Positions 43,575 to 52,594 are shown, numbered from the stretch's first letter. The stretch: DNA of 64,000 nt from Vulcanimicrobiota bacterium (GCA_003164495.1 PLTN01000229.1:17763-81762), one strand, 5' to 3'. A program made the numbers and translations. Notes: a model not told the origin generated them from the letters alone.

Positions 43575-44183
43575 GTGCTCGAACCGCAAGCATTCGCGCG
43601 ATCGGACGAATCGCCGGACGGGTTATTCTACGTGCAGCCGCGCTTCGTCGAACACATCGACGAGGTTGCGATCACCGACGTCGTGCGGTTGCATCGAGAG
43701 CATCTTCCGGCCGGCGGTGAGATCCTCGATCTGATGAGCAGTTGGGTGAGTCACCTCCCGCCCGACGTGGCGTACGCGCGCGTTACGGGTCTCGGCATGA
43801 ATGCCGAAGAGCTCGCCGCGAATCCGCGGCTGGATGCGTTCGTCGTGCACGATCTCAACGCGTCGCCCGGCCTGCCGTTCGCGGATGCAAGCTTCGATGC
43901 CGCGACGATCTGCGTCTCGATCCAGTACCTCACCGATCCGATCGTCGTGCTGCGCAACCTCGCGCGCGTCGTGCGTCCGGGCGGCCACGCGATCGTGACG
44001 TTTTCCAACCGCTGCTTTCCAACCAAAGCGGTCGCGATCTGGCAGGTTCTCGACGATGGCGGACACGTGCAGCTGGTCACGAACTACTTCGAGATCGCCG
44101 GCTGGAAGGGCATCGAGCACGTGGCCTCGCCCCGCCGGCCGTACGATCCCCTCTACGCCGTGATTGCAACCGTACCATCATGA
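43575..44183 (+). CDS. class I SAM-dependent methyltransferase-like protein
   Basis: 202 aa. GTG immediately after the TetR stop. ILDLMSSWVSHL, FDAATICVSIQYLTDPIVVLRNLARVVRPGGHAIVTFSNR resembles Methyltransf_11-type proteins with a divergent motif I. Confidence 0.65.
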   Translation: MLEPQAFARSDESPDGLFYVQPRFVEHIDEVAITDVVRLHREHLPAGGEILDLMSSWVSHLPPDVAYARVTGLGMNAEELAANPRLDAFVVHDLNASPGLPFADASFDAATICVSIQYLTDPIVVLRNLARVVRPGGHAIVTFSNRCFPTKAVAIWQVLDDGGHVQLVTNYFEIAGWKGIEHVASPRRPYDPLYAVIATVPS

Positions 44184-45001
44184 ACGAAACCGCCGGTGAG
44201 GAATTCGCCGTCTCCATCGAACCGCGCGCAACCGGCGGCGCCCCGCTGATCTTCGCCTTCGCAGGCAAGGACTTGGTGGTTACCGGCGACGCGTTGCCGT
44301 CGCTTGCCGCGCTCGGCGCGAGTGCTTCGCTCGATGAGGCGATCTGCATCGGCGAACGTGGGCGCAGCACGTGCTATGCGCTGGCGTTACGCGACCCGCA
44401 AGCGCCGCCCGGCCTGCGCAGCATCGGCTTGCGCGCGGTCTTCGGAGAACTCGGCCCGGAAGCGTTCGCGATGGCCAGCCGTGCCGCGCAGCTCCTGACG
44501 TGGGATCGCGAGCATCGCTTCTGCGGCGCCTGCGGCACGCCGACCGAGCGGGTCGCCGGCGAACCCGCGCGCATCTGTCCGGCTTGCGATCTGCACGCGT
44601 ACCCGCGTATCTCACCCGCGATCATGGTGCTGATCGTGCGCGGCCGGGAGGTTTTGCTTGCCCGCAACAAACGCAACACGACGGGGATGTTTTCCGCGCT
44701 CGCCGGGTTTGTCGAGGCGGGCGAAACGCTCGAGGAAACGATCGTGCGCGAAGTGCGCGAAGAGGTCGGCGTGAGCGTCAACGACATCCGCTACTTCGGA
44801 AGTCAGTCGTGGCCGTTTCCGCACTCGCTGATGATTGCGTTCACCGCGACGTATGTGAGCGGCGACGTCACGCCCGACGGCATCGAAATCGAAGAAGCGC
44901 GGTTTTTCGACGTCGACGCGCTCCCCCAGCTCCCTCCGGCCGGCCTCAGCATCGCCAGCCGTCTCATCAACACCGTTACCGCCGAACTCCGCTCGCGCTA
45001 A
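44180..45001 (+). CDS. nudC: NADH pyrophosphatase (Nudix hydrolase NudC)
   Basis: ORF 43742..45001; ATG at 44180 overlaps the previous stop (ATGA). Zinc ribbon CGACGTPTERVAGEPARICPACD. Nudix box GFVEAGETLEETIVREVREEVGV. NudC signature SQSWPFPHSLM. Confidence 0.85.
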   Translation: MNETAGEEFAVSIEPRATGGAPLIFAFAGKDLVVTGDALPSLAALGASASLDEAICIGERGRSTCYALALRDPQAPPGLRSIGLRAVFGELGPEAFAMASRAAQLLTWDREHRFCGACGTPTERVAGEPARICPACDLHAYPRISPAIMVLIVRGREVLLARNKRNTTGMFSALAGFVEAGETLEETIVREVREEVGVSVNDIRYFGSQSWPFPHSLMIAFTATYVSGDVTPDGIEIEEARFFDVDALPQLPPAGLSIASRLINTVTAELRSR

Positions 45002-45055
45002 CGCTCCCGTTGTAGGCAGCGAGTTTTTCCCGTTGTGGAAGCGGTTATTTTTTAT

Positions 45056-45220
45056 GTCATCCCGAGCTTGTCGAGGGACCGCCGCAATCATTGTCGCTGA
45101 GTACGGACGCCGTAGGGCGGACGAGTGGTGTAAACAACCGCTGTGGCATTGCACTGCTGAACGCAACGGGTTCGGCACGTTCCTCGACTGCGCGCCCTGC
45201 GGCGCTCCGCTCGGAATGAC
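45056..45220. repeat. intergenic element bounded by inverted GTCATYCCGAGC motifs (REP/MITE-like)
   Basis: GTCATCCCGAGC at 45056-45067. The reverse complement of 45209-45220 reads GTCATTCCGAGC (11/12 identical). Lies in the only long (234-bp) non-coding gap in the window, preceded by an A/T-rich stretch (ggttattttttat). Confidence 0.5.
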
Positions 45221-45235
45221 GGGGGGCGAACGGCG

Positions 45236-46192
45236 CTACGGCCAGATGAGGCTGGCCCCGGCGAGCTTGGGGATGCCGAAGTATTTGATTTGCGCGTCGA
45301 TGACCGGTTGGAGCAGTGCGCCGGTGGCGGGGCTAGTGTCGTAGACGGCGCGCGTCAGTGAGTTGATCGTGGCCACGCTCATATTTGTGTAGCGCGAGAG
45401 AATCGTTGCCGATTCCGCGTTGTTCGCGTTGGCCCACGCTGCGATCTTCAACGTGGCCGCGGCGAAGCGTTGGGCGGCGTCGCGGTTTTGCGTGAGCCAC
45501 GAGAGTTTGCCGACCCAGACGGTTCCGATGAAGCGCGGACCGATGCCGGGCATCGTGTCGCCGATGACCCGCACTTTAACCTTCAGCGCCGTGGTAAATG
45601 GTTCGACCAGCAACGCCGCATCGATGCGGCCTTGATCGAGCGCCGGACCGACGGCGGGAAACGCAACCTCGATCAGCTTCACCGACTTCACGTCGGCGCC
45701 GTTCGAGCCGAGCCACTGCAAGAGGGCGAGGTGCGTGAGATCGCCGAGGCCGTTCACCGCCACGGTCTTGCCGTTGAGATCCGCCGCCGTCTTCACCGCC
45801 GACGTCGCGGAGGTCACAACGACGACCGACTGACCCTGCCCGCGATCGTAGATCAATCCCGGCGCAACCACGCGCAAATCGATCCCATGCGTGTAGGCTT
45901 GCGCGACGGGTACCACGGTGCCGGTGATGATGTCGAGCGACCCCGCCGCTAGCGCCGCATTCATCGCCGCCCCGTTGAACATCGTCGAGAGCGTGACGTC
46001 GAGCCCGGCGTCTTTGTAGAAGCCTTTGTCGACGCCGTAGAAACCCTCGCCGGTCGCATCGGTCGGCGGGACGCCGACGCGCAAGGGAATCAGATCCGCC
46101 GCGTAAGACGGGCGCGGCGCGGTCGACGTGAGGATGGCCGCGGCGCTGCCGCCGAGCCACGCCGCGCGGGAGATCGCAGAGCTCATGGGCAT
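45236..46192 (-). CDS. periplasmic solute-binding protein, NMT1/SsuA-like paralog
   Basis: ORF 45236..46765; ATG at 46192 with GGGAG 7 nt upstream (MPMSSAISRAAWLGGSAAAILTSTAPRPSYAAD). Motifs GADVKSVKLIEVAFPAVGPALDQGRIDAALLVEP and LLQPVIDAQIKYFGI. Confidence 0.8.
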   Translation of the reverse strand: MPMSSAISRAAWLGGSAAAILTSTAPRPSYAADLIPLRVGVPPTDATGEGFYGVDKGFYKDAGLDVTLSTMFNGAAMNAALAAGSLDIITGTVVPVAQAYTHGIDLRVVAPGLIYDRGQGQSVVVVTSATSAVKTAADLNGKTVAVNGLGDLTHLALLQWLGSNGADVKSVKLIEVAFPAVGPALDQGRIDAALLVEPFTTALKVKVRVIGDTMPGIGPRFIGTVWVGKLSWLTQNRDAAQRFAAATLKIAAWANANNAESATILSRYTNMSVATINSLTRAVYDTSPATGALLQPVIDAQIKYFGIPKLAGASLIWP

Positions 46193-46261
46193 CACCCTAC
46201 TCCCATCGGCTTGCGTTGTCACGCGAGGACTAGGCCGGACCCCTGCGAAAGCGCCCGCCCC

Positions 46262-46891
46262 ATGAGTGCGACCACCGAACTCGACCATGAGAAGACGTTT
46301 GCGCTTGCGTGGGCCGACCCGCGCAACACCCGCGCCGAACGCCCGCCGGTCGACGTCAACGCCGTGCTCGCGAAACATTACCGCTTGAGCCGTCCGCTCA
46401 CGTTCACTCGCACGCAGCTCTGGGACATGGAAGTGCGCAAGGCGTTCCGTCCGGATATCTACATCGCCGCGGTCGTCGAAGAATGCAGCGCCGGAACGTG
46501 GAACGTGCGCGATCTCGGCAACGGGCACCAGTCGTTCTATCGCCGCTCGCGGCAGCGCCAACGGCTCGTCCCGGGATACGATCTCGTCCTCGAACAAGTC
46601 CGCGTGAACCCGGACAACGGCAAGGTCACGTTCATCGGCGCCACCGAGCTGCCGGGCGACGACGGCGTCATGCTGCACGCCGGAACGCGTCAGCCGATCT
46701 TTCACGTCGAACACGTCGCAACCGGTACGGAAACGCAACCCCTCAACGAGTGGCGGATGGTGCATCTCACCGATGGTCCTAACCAGCAGCTGCTCGATCA
46801 GTTCGCAAAGTCCGAGAGCGTTTACTTACCGCAGTTCGTCGAAGTCTACATCCGCGACGTGCTGAACATCGAACTCACGCGGCTGAACTAG
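46262..46891 (+). CDS. hypothetical protein, possibly SRPBCC/DUF1857-like
   Basis: ORF 46211..46891; ATG at 46262. 209 aa. LTFTRTQLWDMEVRKAFRPDIYIAAVVEC weakly recalls DUF1857/polyketide-cyclase-like proteins. Good codon bias. Confidence 0.35.
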   Translation: MSATTELDHEKTFALAWADPRNTRAERPPVDVNAVLAKHYRLSRPLTFTRTQLWDMEVRKAFRPDIYIAAVVEECSAGTWNVRDLGNGHQSFYRRSRQRQRLVPGYDLVLEQVRVNPDNGKVTFIGATELPGDDGVMLHAGTRQPIFHVEHVATGTETQPLNEWRMVHLTDGPNQQLLDQFAKSESVYLPQFVEVYIRDVLNIELTRLN

Positions 46892-47839
46892 TCAGAGGAC
46901 GCCGAGCGCCTTCCAACAGCGTTCGGCCGCGGGATGCAGCGGTACGTCATAGGGCGCGTCGGCGGCGTTGCGGCACATCCGCGCGAGCGAGAGCGGCGCA
47001 TCTTCTTGCCAGGGGATCCGTTCGACGCAGGCCGCGAGGGCCGAGCAGATCTGTGCGACGTCGGCGTCGGGCAAATCGGCGCGCACGAAAAGCGGCCAGC
47101 CGCTAAAGTCGACGGTCAGGATGTCGGACGGGAGCTTCGGATACCGCGTTTGCGGGATCACGGCGCGCCGGTAGCCGAGCGCTTCGAGTTGCGCGACGGC
47201 GGGTTCGGCGAGCGAAAGCACCGTCATCCCCGCGTCGAGCGCCGCGCCGATCCAGGAGTCGGCGCCTTCGTCGAAAATCGCGTCGAGCGACCCGTCGAGG
47301 AACGCGCGAAACTTCGGCGCGCCCGCATCGGGTGACACGCCCTCGAACCGGAACGTGCCGCCCCACGCCAGGATGTCGTCACGCGTGAAGCCGTTGGCGC
47401 GCATGATGTCGTCGAGCATGAAGTGCAGCGAGTGGGCGCGGTCGCCGCGCACGCCGATCCGCAGCGCGGGCCGCTTCGCGGCGATGTCCGCGAACGAGCG
47501 CAGCCCGGTTTGCGGGTGCGCCGCGAAGACGTACTGGTCGCGCGAGGGCAGCACGGCGATCGTGCGCAGCGGTAACGGCGCGGCAAACGGTCCGTTGCCG
47601 CGGTAGGCGAGCGTCAGCGTCGCCGATGGGTTCACGATGGCGAGCGCGACCTCGCGTGAGGCGACGGCTTCGATGCCGGCGATCGTGCTCGAGCCGAGCA
47701 GCGCGATCTCGCGTCCGCCGCCGAAGTCGACGACGGCCTTGGCTTGGCGCACGGGCGCGGGTGCTGCGCCGAGCGCGAGCTCCGCGGCCATTTCGAGCAC
47801 GAGCAGCGACCGCGTTGTCGGCGGAATGACCCGGGGCAT
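46892..47839 (-). CDS. TAXI-family-like solute-binding-fold protein without a recognisable signal peptide
   Basis: C-terminal 315 codons of ORF 46892..48550. ATG at 47839 shares one nt with the upstream stop (TGATG). C-terminal DVPLHPAAERCWKALGVL resembles the TAXI motif PLHPGAERYYKE. The N-terminus MPRVIPPTTRSLLVLEMAAELALG has acidic residues in the would-be h-region. Confidence 0.5.
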   Translation of the reverse strand: MPRVIPPTTRSLLVLEMAAELALGAAPAPVRQAKAVVDFGGGREIALLGSSTIAGIEAVASREVALAIVNPSATLTLAYRGNGPFAAPLPLRTIAVLPSRDQYVFAAHPQTGLRSFADIAAKRPALRIGVRGDRAHSLHFMLDDIMRANGFTRDDILAWGGTFRFEGVSPDAGAPKFRAFLDGSLDAIFDEGADSWIGAALDAGMTVLSLAEPAVAQLEALGYRRAVIPQTRYPKLPSDILTVDFSGWPLFVRADLPDADVAQICSALAACVERIPWQEDAPLSLARMCRNAADAPYDVPLHPAAERCWKALGVL

Positions 47840-48588
47840 CAAACGCTCAGTTTGTAGAGTTCGATGGCCGCGAGCCCGATCTGGTGGTACTGATACTTGT
47901 GCACCAGAATCGATTCGCGCAGCGCCGCGGCCGAACGATCTTGATCCGCTTCCGTCACGGCATAGCGCGCCAGCAGCGCGAGCGCATCTTCCCCGTGACC
48001 CGGACCGTCTTCGCCCACGCCGTGGTCGGCGTGTTCCGCCGCCGACCAGTGCGACATCGCTTCGCGCTGCAAGCCGAGCTTCGCCCACGGTTTCGATGAG
48101 TTGCCGGGAATCTGGCCGTAACGTGCCGCGAGCGGCGCATTGGTGAGCATTTCCAGGCACGCGATGGCAGCGAACGCCTCGAGCCACGGTCTGGTGCGCG
48201 AGACGTTGTCGAAGTAGTGCAGTGCCATGGTGGTCACGATCATCGGGACGTACTCGCGAATCTGCTGCTCGCTCGCGCCCAGCGCTTTCGCGAACATCCA
48301 CATGCTCTCGTTGTGACCGACGTCGATCGTCGGGTCCTTGACCTCTTCCACGAACATGTTCTCGATCATGTACGCGCGGGCGTCGATGAACGGACAGTTG
48401 GCGATGATGTTGCCGAACCAGCGCGGGAACGTATCGGTGAACTGACAGTGCTCGAGCGCAAACAGCAAGGCGCCTTCGCGCGACATGTACTCGCGCTGAA
48501 AGAGATACATGGCCGGTGGCGACTCCCAATAGATCTCGCCTACCATGCAACGTATATATTCTTTATAGGCGTCGCTATCGCGAATCAT
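47839..48588 (-). CDS. PqqC/TenA-like (heme-oxygenase-like fold) iron-containing redox enzyme family protein
   Basis: 249 aa. IIANCPFIDARAYMIENMFVEEVKD...GHNESMW, ACLEMLTN and WSAAEHADHG give E/H-rich helix motifs. The ANCP motif is as I recall it in PqqC. Confidence 0.55.
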   Translation of the reverse strand: MIRDSDAYKEYIRCMVGEIYWESPPAMYLFQREYMSREGALLFALEHCQFTDTFPRWFGNIIANCPFIDARAYMIENMFVEEVKDPTIDVGHNESMWMFAKALGASEQQIREYVPMIVTTMALHYFDNVSRTRPWLEAFAAIACLEMLTNAPLAARYGQIPGNSSKPWAKLGLQREAMSHWSAAEHADHGVGEDGPGHGEDALALLARYAVTEADQDRSAAALRESILVHKYQYHQIGLAAIELYKLSV

Positions 48589-48594
48589 CGCACG

Positions 48595-49338
48595 TCATTT
48601 CTCGCTCGCGCGTACCCGTCCCGCCGTCGCGCCGCCGTCGAGCACGATCACGCTGCCGGTCACGTAACTTGCGGCATCGGATGCGAGGTAGGCGACGAGT
48701 TGCGCGACGTCGGCGGGACGGCCGAAGCGGCCGATCGGAATGTGGGCCGGGAGCGCCTCGCTGTCGGCGCGCTCGTTCGGCAGGATCGACCCGGCGCAGA
48801 TGCAGTTCACGCGCACGCCGTAAGGTCCGGCTTCTAAAGCGGAAGCTTTGGTGAACGTCGCAATCGCGGCTTTGGACGCGGCATAGGCACTTCCAAGCGC
48901 GTACGGCACGAGGCCGCTGACCGATCCCATGTTTATGATGGAGCCGCCGCCGAGGCGGCGCATATGCGGCAACGCGAATTTGGTGCAGAGCATCGTGCCG
49001 TCGACGTTGACGCGGAACGTTTCGCGCCACGACTCGAGCGCGTGCTCTTCGATCCCCTCGATCGGGTGCAGCGCGGCGTTGTTGCACAGCACGTCCAAGC
49101 GGCCGAAGCTCGCGATCGCGGCGTCGATGCCGAGTCGCGCACCTTCCGGCGTACCGGCGTCACCGGTGAGGAAGCGGATATTCCCGCCGGGTGAGACCGA
49201 CGCGCTCGCACGCGCGTTGGCCGCGGCATCCCAGTCGACCGAGACGACCGCCATCCCGCCCGCAGCCAGCCGGCGAACGATCTCGAGCCCGATGTTGTTT
49301 GCACCGCCGGTGACGACCGCGACGCGCGGTGTTTCCAT
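48595..49338 (-). CDS. SDR
   Basis: 247 aa. VAVVTGGANNIGLEI, NNAA, catalytic YAASKAA and C-terminal VTGSVIVLDGGATAG. Confidence 0.85.
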   Translation of the reverse strand: METPRVAVVTGGANNIGLEIVRRLAAGGMAVVSVDWDAAANARASASVSPGGNIRFLTGDAGTPEGARLGIDAAIASFGRLDVLCNNAALHPIEGIEEHALESWRETFRVNVDGTMLCTKFALPHMRRLGGGSIINMGSVSGLVPYALGSAYAASKAAIATFTKASALEAGPYGVRVNCICAGSILPNERADSEALPAHIPIGRFGRPADVAQLVAYLASDAASYVTGSVIVLDGGATAGRVRASEK

Positions 49339-49342
49339 CCGC

Positions 49343-50431
49343 TTAGCCCCTCACGCGGTAACGCTGGAGTTTTTCTTCATCGAGCGTCGCGCCGAAGCCG
49401 GGCCGGTCGGGCACGGCGATCGCGCCGTCGACCACGCTGAGGGATTCGGTCAGCACGTCGCCGGCGAGCCGTTCGAAGAACTGGATCTCGCTCGGCCACG
49501 GCTCGAGCGCGGGGATCGCGGCGCGCAGGTGCGCGCGCGTTAACGCGCCCACGTGCGATTCGAGGTCGGTGCCGACGATCGCGGGCAAACCGGCAGCTTC
49601 GCAGAGCGCGATGATCTTCAGCGTCTCGCTGATGCCGGTGCGCCGGGGATGCAGGCTTATCGCTCCGACCGCTTGCGCCGCGATGTAGCGTTGTGCGGCG
49701 GCGAGCGAGTCGATCGGAATCTCGCCGAGCAGCGCGATCGGCAACGCGCGGCGCAGCTCGGCCAGGCGCTCTACCGGCAGGGCGCACGGATCCTCGATCA
49801 GCGCGACGCCGTACTCCGCGAGCTTCGGCAACAGCGTGCGCGCTTCGGTTTCCGAATAGGCGTGGTTGGCATCGGCGTAGATCAACACCTCAGCGCCGAC
49901 GGCCGCCCGAATGTCGCGGACCAGGTTTACGTCATCCATCGAATGACGCCAGAGCTTGACCTTGAGCGCGCGAATACCGCGCGCGACGGTGCGCTCGGCA
50001 TCGTCGAGCATCGCGGCGGGGGTATCGCCGAACAGAATCGCCGTGACCGGAACGGGCCGCGGCGGTCCGCCGCCGAGCAGCCGCCATACCGGCTGCCCGA
50101 GCAGCTTGCCCTTGAGATCCCACAGCGCCGTATCGATCAACGCTTTGGCGATTGCCGCACCGCGGACGCGTTCGAGCGCGACGAGGAGCCCGTTGTGATC
50201 GAGCGGGTCGGCGTCTTCGAGCAACGGACGGAAGAAGCGGTCGAACTGATCCGCCAAGACCGCCGCATCGCTGTCGGCAACGTTCGCGATCCCGGTCACT
50301 TCGGCGATGCCGGCGGTCCCGTCGCGTGTCGTCAAGCGCAGCAGCGTATACGCACTGCTCGCGCCTTGCGAAGAGCGAAACTGGATCTTCGACTGGTACG
50401 GCAGGTTGAGCCCGATCAGCTCGACCTGCAC
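49343..50431 (-). CDS. mandelate racemase / muconate lactonizing enzyme family (enolase superfamily) protein
   Basis: 362 aa. ALIDTALWDLKGKLLGQPVWRLLGG, KxK motif LKVKLW, and metal-ligand regions YADANHAY and ALIEDP. Confidence 0.8.
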   Translation of the reverse strand: MQVELIGLNLPYQSKIQFRSSQGASSAYTLLRLTTRDGTAGIAEVTGIANVADSDAAVLADQFDRFFRPLLEDADPLDHNGLLVALERVRGAAIAKALIDTALWDLKGKLLGQPVWRLLGGGPPRPVPVTAILFGDTPAAMLDDAERTVARGIRALKVKLWRHSMDDVNLVRDIRAAVGAEVLIYADANHAYSETEARTLLPKLAEYGVALIEDPCALPVERLAELRRALPIALLGEIPIDSLAAAQRYIAAQAVGAISLHPRRTGISETLKIIALCEAAGLPAIVGTDLESHVGALTRAHLRAAIPALEPWPSEIQFFERLAGDVLTESLSVVDGAIAVPDRPGFGATLDEEKLQRYRVRG

Positions 50432-50461
50432 GATCGCGTGCGCTATTTGACCGCCGCGATC

Positions 50462-51529
50462 TTAGGCATACGTGACCAGCGCGGTCAGGACGGTGGGCGA
50501 TGCGGGGATCACGGGTTCCCATGTTTCGCCGGCATCGCGGGAGACATACAATGCTCCCTCGCCGGTGGTCTTCGTATTGACGAAGTAACCGCGCGCGCCG
50601 TTGCCCATGCCGCAGTACAGCGTGTTCGGATCGCCGGGGTGCGGCGCCAGGACCCAGGGCACCCATTTTTCGATATCGTGCGTGACGACGCGCCAGTCGT
50701 CGCCGCCGTTATCGCTCACGAGGATGTGTCCGTCGGGGTTCGTGTGGTCGAGCGCCCACACGCCCGGCGATCCGCGCGAGCCGCACACGACCATGCGCGG
50801 ATGACCGCCGGCTTCGAGAAACTGCCATTCGTGCGAGTAACACCACGCCGGCTTATCGGCCCACGGCATGCCGTTCTCGACGCGATACCAATGGGCGCCC
50901 ATGTCGTCGCTGCGGTAGAAGCCTTGCGCCGAGGACACGTAGTAACGGTCGCGGCTGCCCGGATAGTTCGCGATCATGTGCATGTCGACGTAGTCGATAC
51001 CGTCGCTGCGATCGGCCCACGTCGTGCCGCCGTCGCGGCTCAGCAGGCAGCCGCCGTGTTCGAGCAGCACGAAGATCTGACGCGCATCATCGGGGTGGAT
51101 GTGGATGTGGCGCACATGGGGTTCTTCTTTCCCGCGGTACGGAGGCGGGACGTCCCATTTCTCTTTGGCCTCGGGCGGAACGTCGAGGATGCCGTCGAGT
51201 GGTTCCCACGTCGTGCCTTCATCGTCGCTGCGAAACAAGCGCACGGGGCCGATCCCGGCGTAGACGATGCGTTCGTCGTGCGGGTCGACGGTAAACGTGC
51301 GTACGTCGCCGTCGAGGACTTTTTCCCACGTCTTGCCGGCGTCGCGCGAGCGATAGCCGCCTTCGAACGCAACGCCCGCGAAGATGACCTCCGGCTTGCC
51401 CGGAATGCCTTTGAGGTCTTCGAGCGTGCTGTTCTCGAATGCGGATCCGACGGGGCGCGGCGCGGCGCCGTTGCTTTCGAGAATCTGCAGGCCGCGATTG
51501 TGCCCGAGGTAATAGCGCAACTTGTCCAT
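50462..51529 (-). CDS. BNR/Asp-box repeat beta-propeller protein (sialidase-fold / Ycf48-like), cytoplasmic
   Basis: 355 aa, no signal peptide. Six SxDxGxTW-type Asp-boxes: SRDAGKTW, SDDEGTTW, SRDGGTTW, SDDMGAHW, SDNGGDDW, SRDAGETW. Confidence 0.75.
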   Translation of the reverse strand: MDKLRYYLGHNRGLQILESNGAAPRPVGSAFENSTLEDLKGIPGKPEVIFAGVAFEGGYRSRDAGKTWEKVLDGDVRTFTVDPHDERIVYAGIGPVRLFRSDDEGTTWEPLDGILDVPPEAKEKWDVPPPYRGKEEPHVRHIHIHPDDARQIFVLLEHGGCLLSRDGGTTWADRSDGIDYVDMHMIANYPGSRDRYYVSSAQGFYRSDDMGAHWYRVENGMPWADKPAWCYSHEWQFLEAGGHPRMVVCGSRGSPGVWALDHTNPDGHILVSDNGGDDWRVVTHDIEKWVPWVLAPHPGDPNTLYCGMGNGARGYFVNTKTTGEGALYVSRDAGETWEPVIPASPTVLTALVTYA

Positions 51530-51549
51530 CTACTCATACTCCCGGGGCG

Positions 51550-51570
51550 GATAGAACGAGAACGATAGAA
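51550..51570. promoter_or_regulatory. direct repeat GATAGAA-N7-GATAGAA in a divergent promoter region
   Basis: GATAGAA at 51550-51556 and 51564-51570 (14-bp register) within the 97-bp gap between the BNR operon and the SBP gene. Regulator unknown. Confidence 0.2.
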
Positions 51571-51626
51571 TTCTAACGAGGAGTCTAGCCTCTCCGCTTG
51601 CTAAAAGTCAACCGAGGGAGAACGCG

Positions 51627-52565
51627 ATGTCTTCATGCTCTCGCGCAGCGCTGTTGGCCGCCCTCGGTGCGGCCGTGGCCGCGCCCGCGTGCGTGCGGGC
51701 CGCGGATCCGGCAACGATCCGGATCGGTACGGCGGCGACCGATGCAACGGCGCAGCACTTTTACGCGCACGACCTGGGCTATTTCGGCGCCGCCGGGCTG
51801 AACGACCAGATCACCACGCTGCGCAATGTCACCGAGATGACGGCCGCGGTGATCGGCGGCTCGCTCGACGTGATCGCCGGGAGCCTCGTACCGATCGCGC
51901 AAGCCTACCATCACGGCAACGATCTGCGCGCGATCGCGCTCGGCAACATCTACACCGGTCCGCCGCCGCAAGGTGTGGTCGTGACCGGACAAAACTCGAC
52001 AATCCGCAGCGGCGCCGATCTGAACGGCAAAGTCGTTTCGGTCAACGGTCTCGGTGATTTCTCGCAAGTGACGATCGAAGCGTGGATCGATGCCACCGGC
52101 GGCGACGCAAAGAGCGTGAAGCTGCTCGAGTTGCCGTTCGGCGGCGTCGCGGCCGCGCTTGCGCAGGGGCGTATCGATGCGGCCCTGCTCGTCGAACCGT
52201 TCACGACGCTGGCGAAGGGACAAGTGCGCATCATCGGCGACGCGCTCGCGCCGGTCGGCAAACACTTCATGGTCACGGGCTGGTATGCCAAGGCCGAATG
52301 GCTCAACGCCAATCGCGATACGGCGCGGCGCTTCGTCGGGGTCATGCTGCAAACCGCAACGTGGGCCAATCGCAACCACGATCAGTCGGCCGCGATCCTC
52401 GCGCGCTACAGTCCGGTTCCCGTCGACGTCATCCGCGCAAGCCCGCGTGCGCTCTACGGCGAGATGCCGATCGGCCCGGACTGGTTACAGCCCGTCCTCG
52501 ACTTCTCGACCAAGTACATCGGCCTCGAGAAGACGGCCGCGTCATCGCTGATCTGGCGCGCCTAG
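51627..52565 (+). CDS. periplasmic solute-binding protein, NMT1/SsuA-like paralog
   Basis: 312 aa. Signal MSSCSRAALLAALGAAVAAPACVRAAD. Motifs GGDAKSVKLLELPFGGVAAALAQGRIDAALLVEP and WLQPVLDFSTKYIGL. Closest-looking paralog of 45236..46192. Confidence 0.8.
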   Translation: MSSCSRAALLAALGAAVAAPACVRAADPATIRIGTAATDATAQHFYAHDLGYFGAAGLNDQITTLRNVTEMTAAVIGGSLDVIAGSLVPIAQAYHHGNDLRAIALGNIYTGPPPQGVVVTGQNSTIRSGADLNGKVVSVNGLGDFSQVTIEAWIDATGGDAKSVKLLELPFGGVAAALAQGRIDAALLVEPFTTLAKGQVRIIGDALAPVGKHFMVTGWYAKAEWLNANRDTARRFVGVMLQTATWANRNHDQSAAILARYSPVPVDVIRASPRALYGEMPIGPDWLQPVLDFSTKYIGLEKTAASSLIWRA

Positions 52566-52566
52566 T

Positions 52567-52587
52567 GGATTCACGTTCCATGAATCC
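52567..52587. terminator. hairpin GGATTCA-cgttcca-TGAATCC
   Basis: 7-bp perfect stem starting 2 nt after the SBP stop, between convergent genes. Confidence 0.35.
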
Positions 52588-52594
52588 TTCGCGT

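Noticed and set aside
45033-45344. 103-aa ORF spanning the long intergenic gap (MWKRLFFMSSRACRGT...)
   Set aside because: It reads straight through the inverted-repeat element and into the 3' end of the SBP gene on the opposite strand. It has no RBS and an odd composition, so it is most likely a translation artefact of the repeat.
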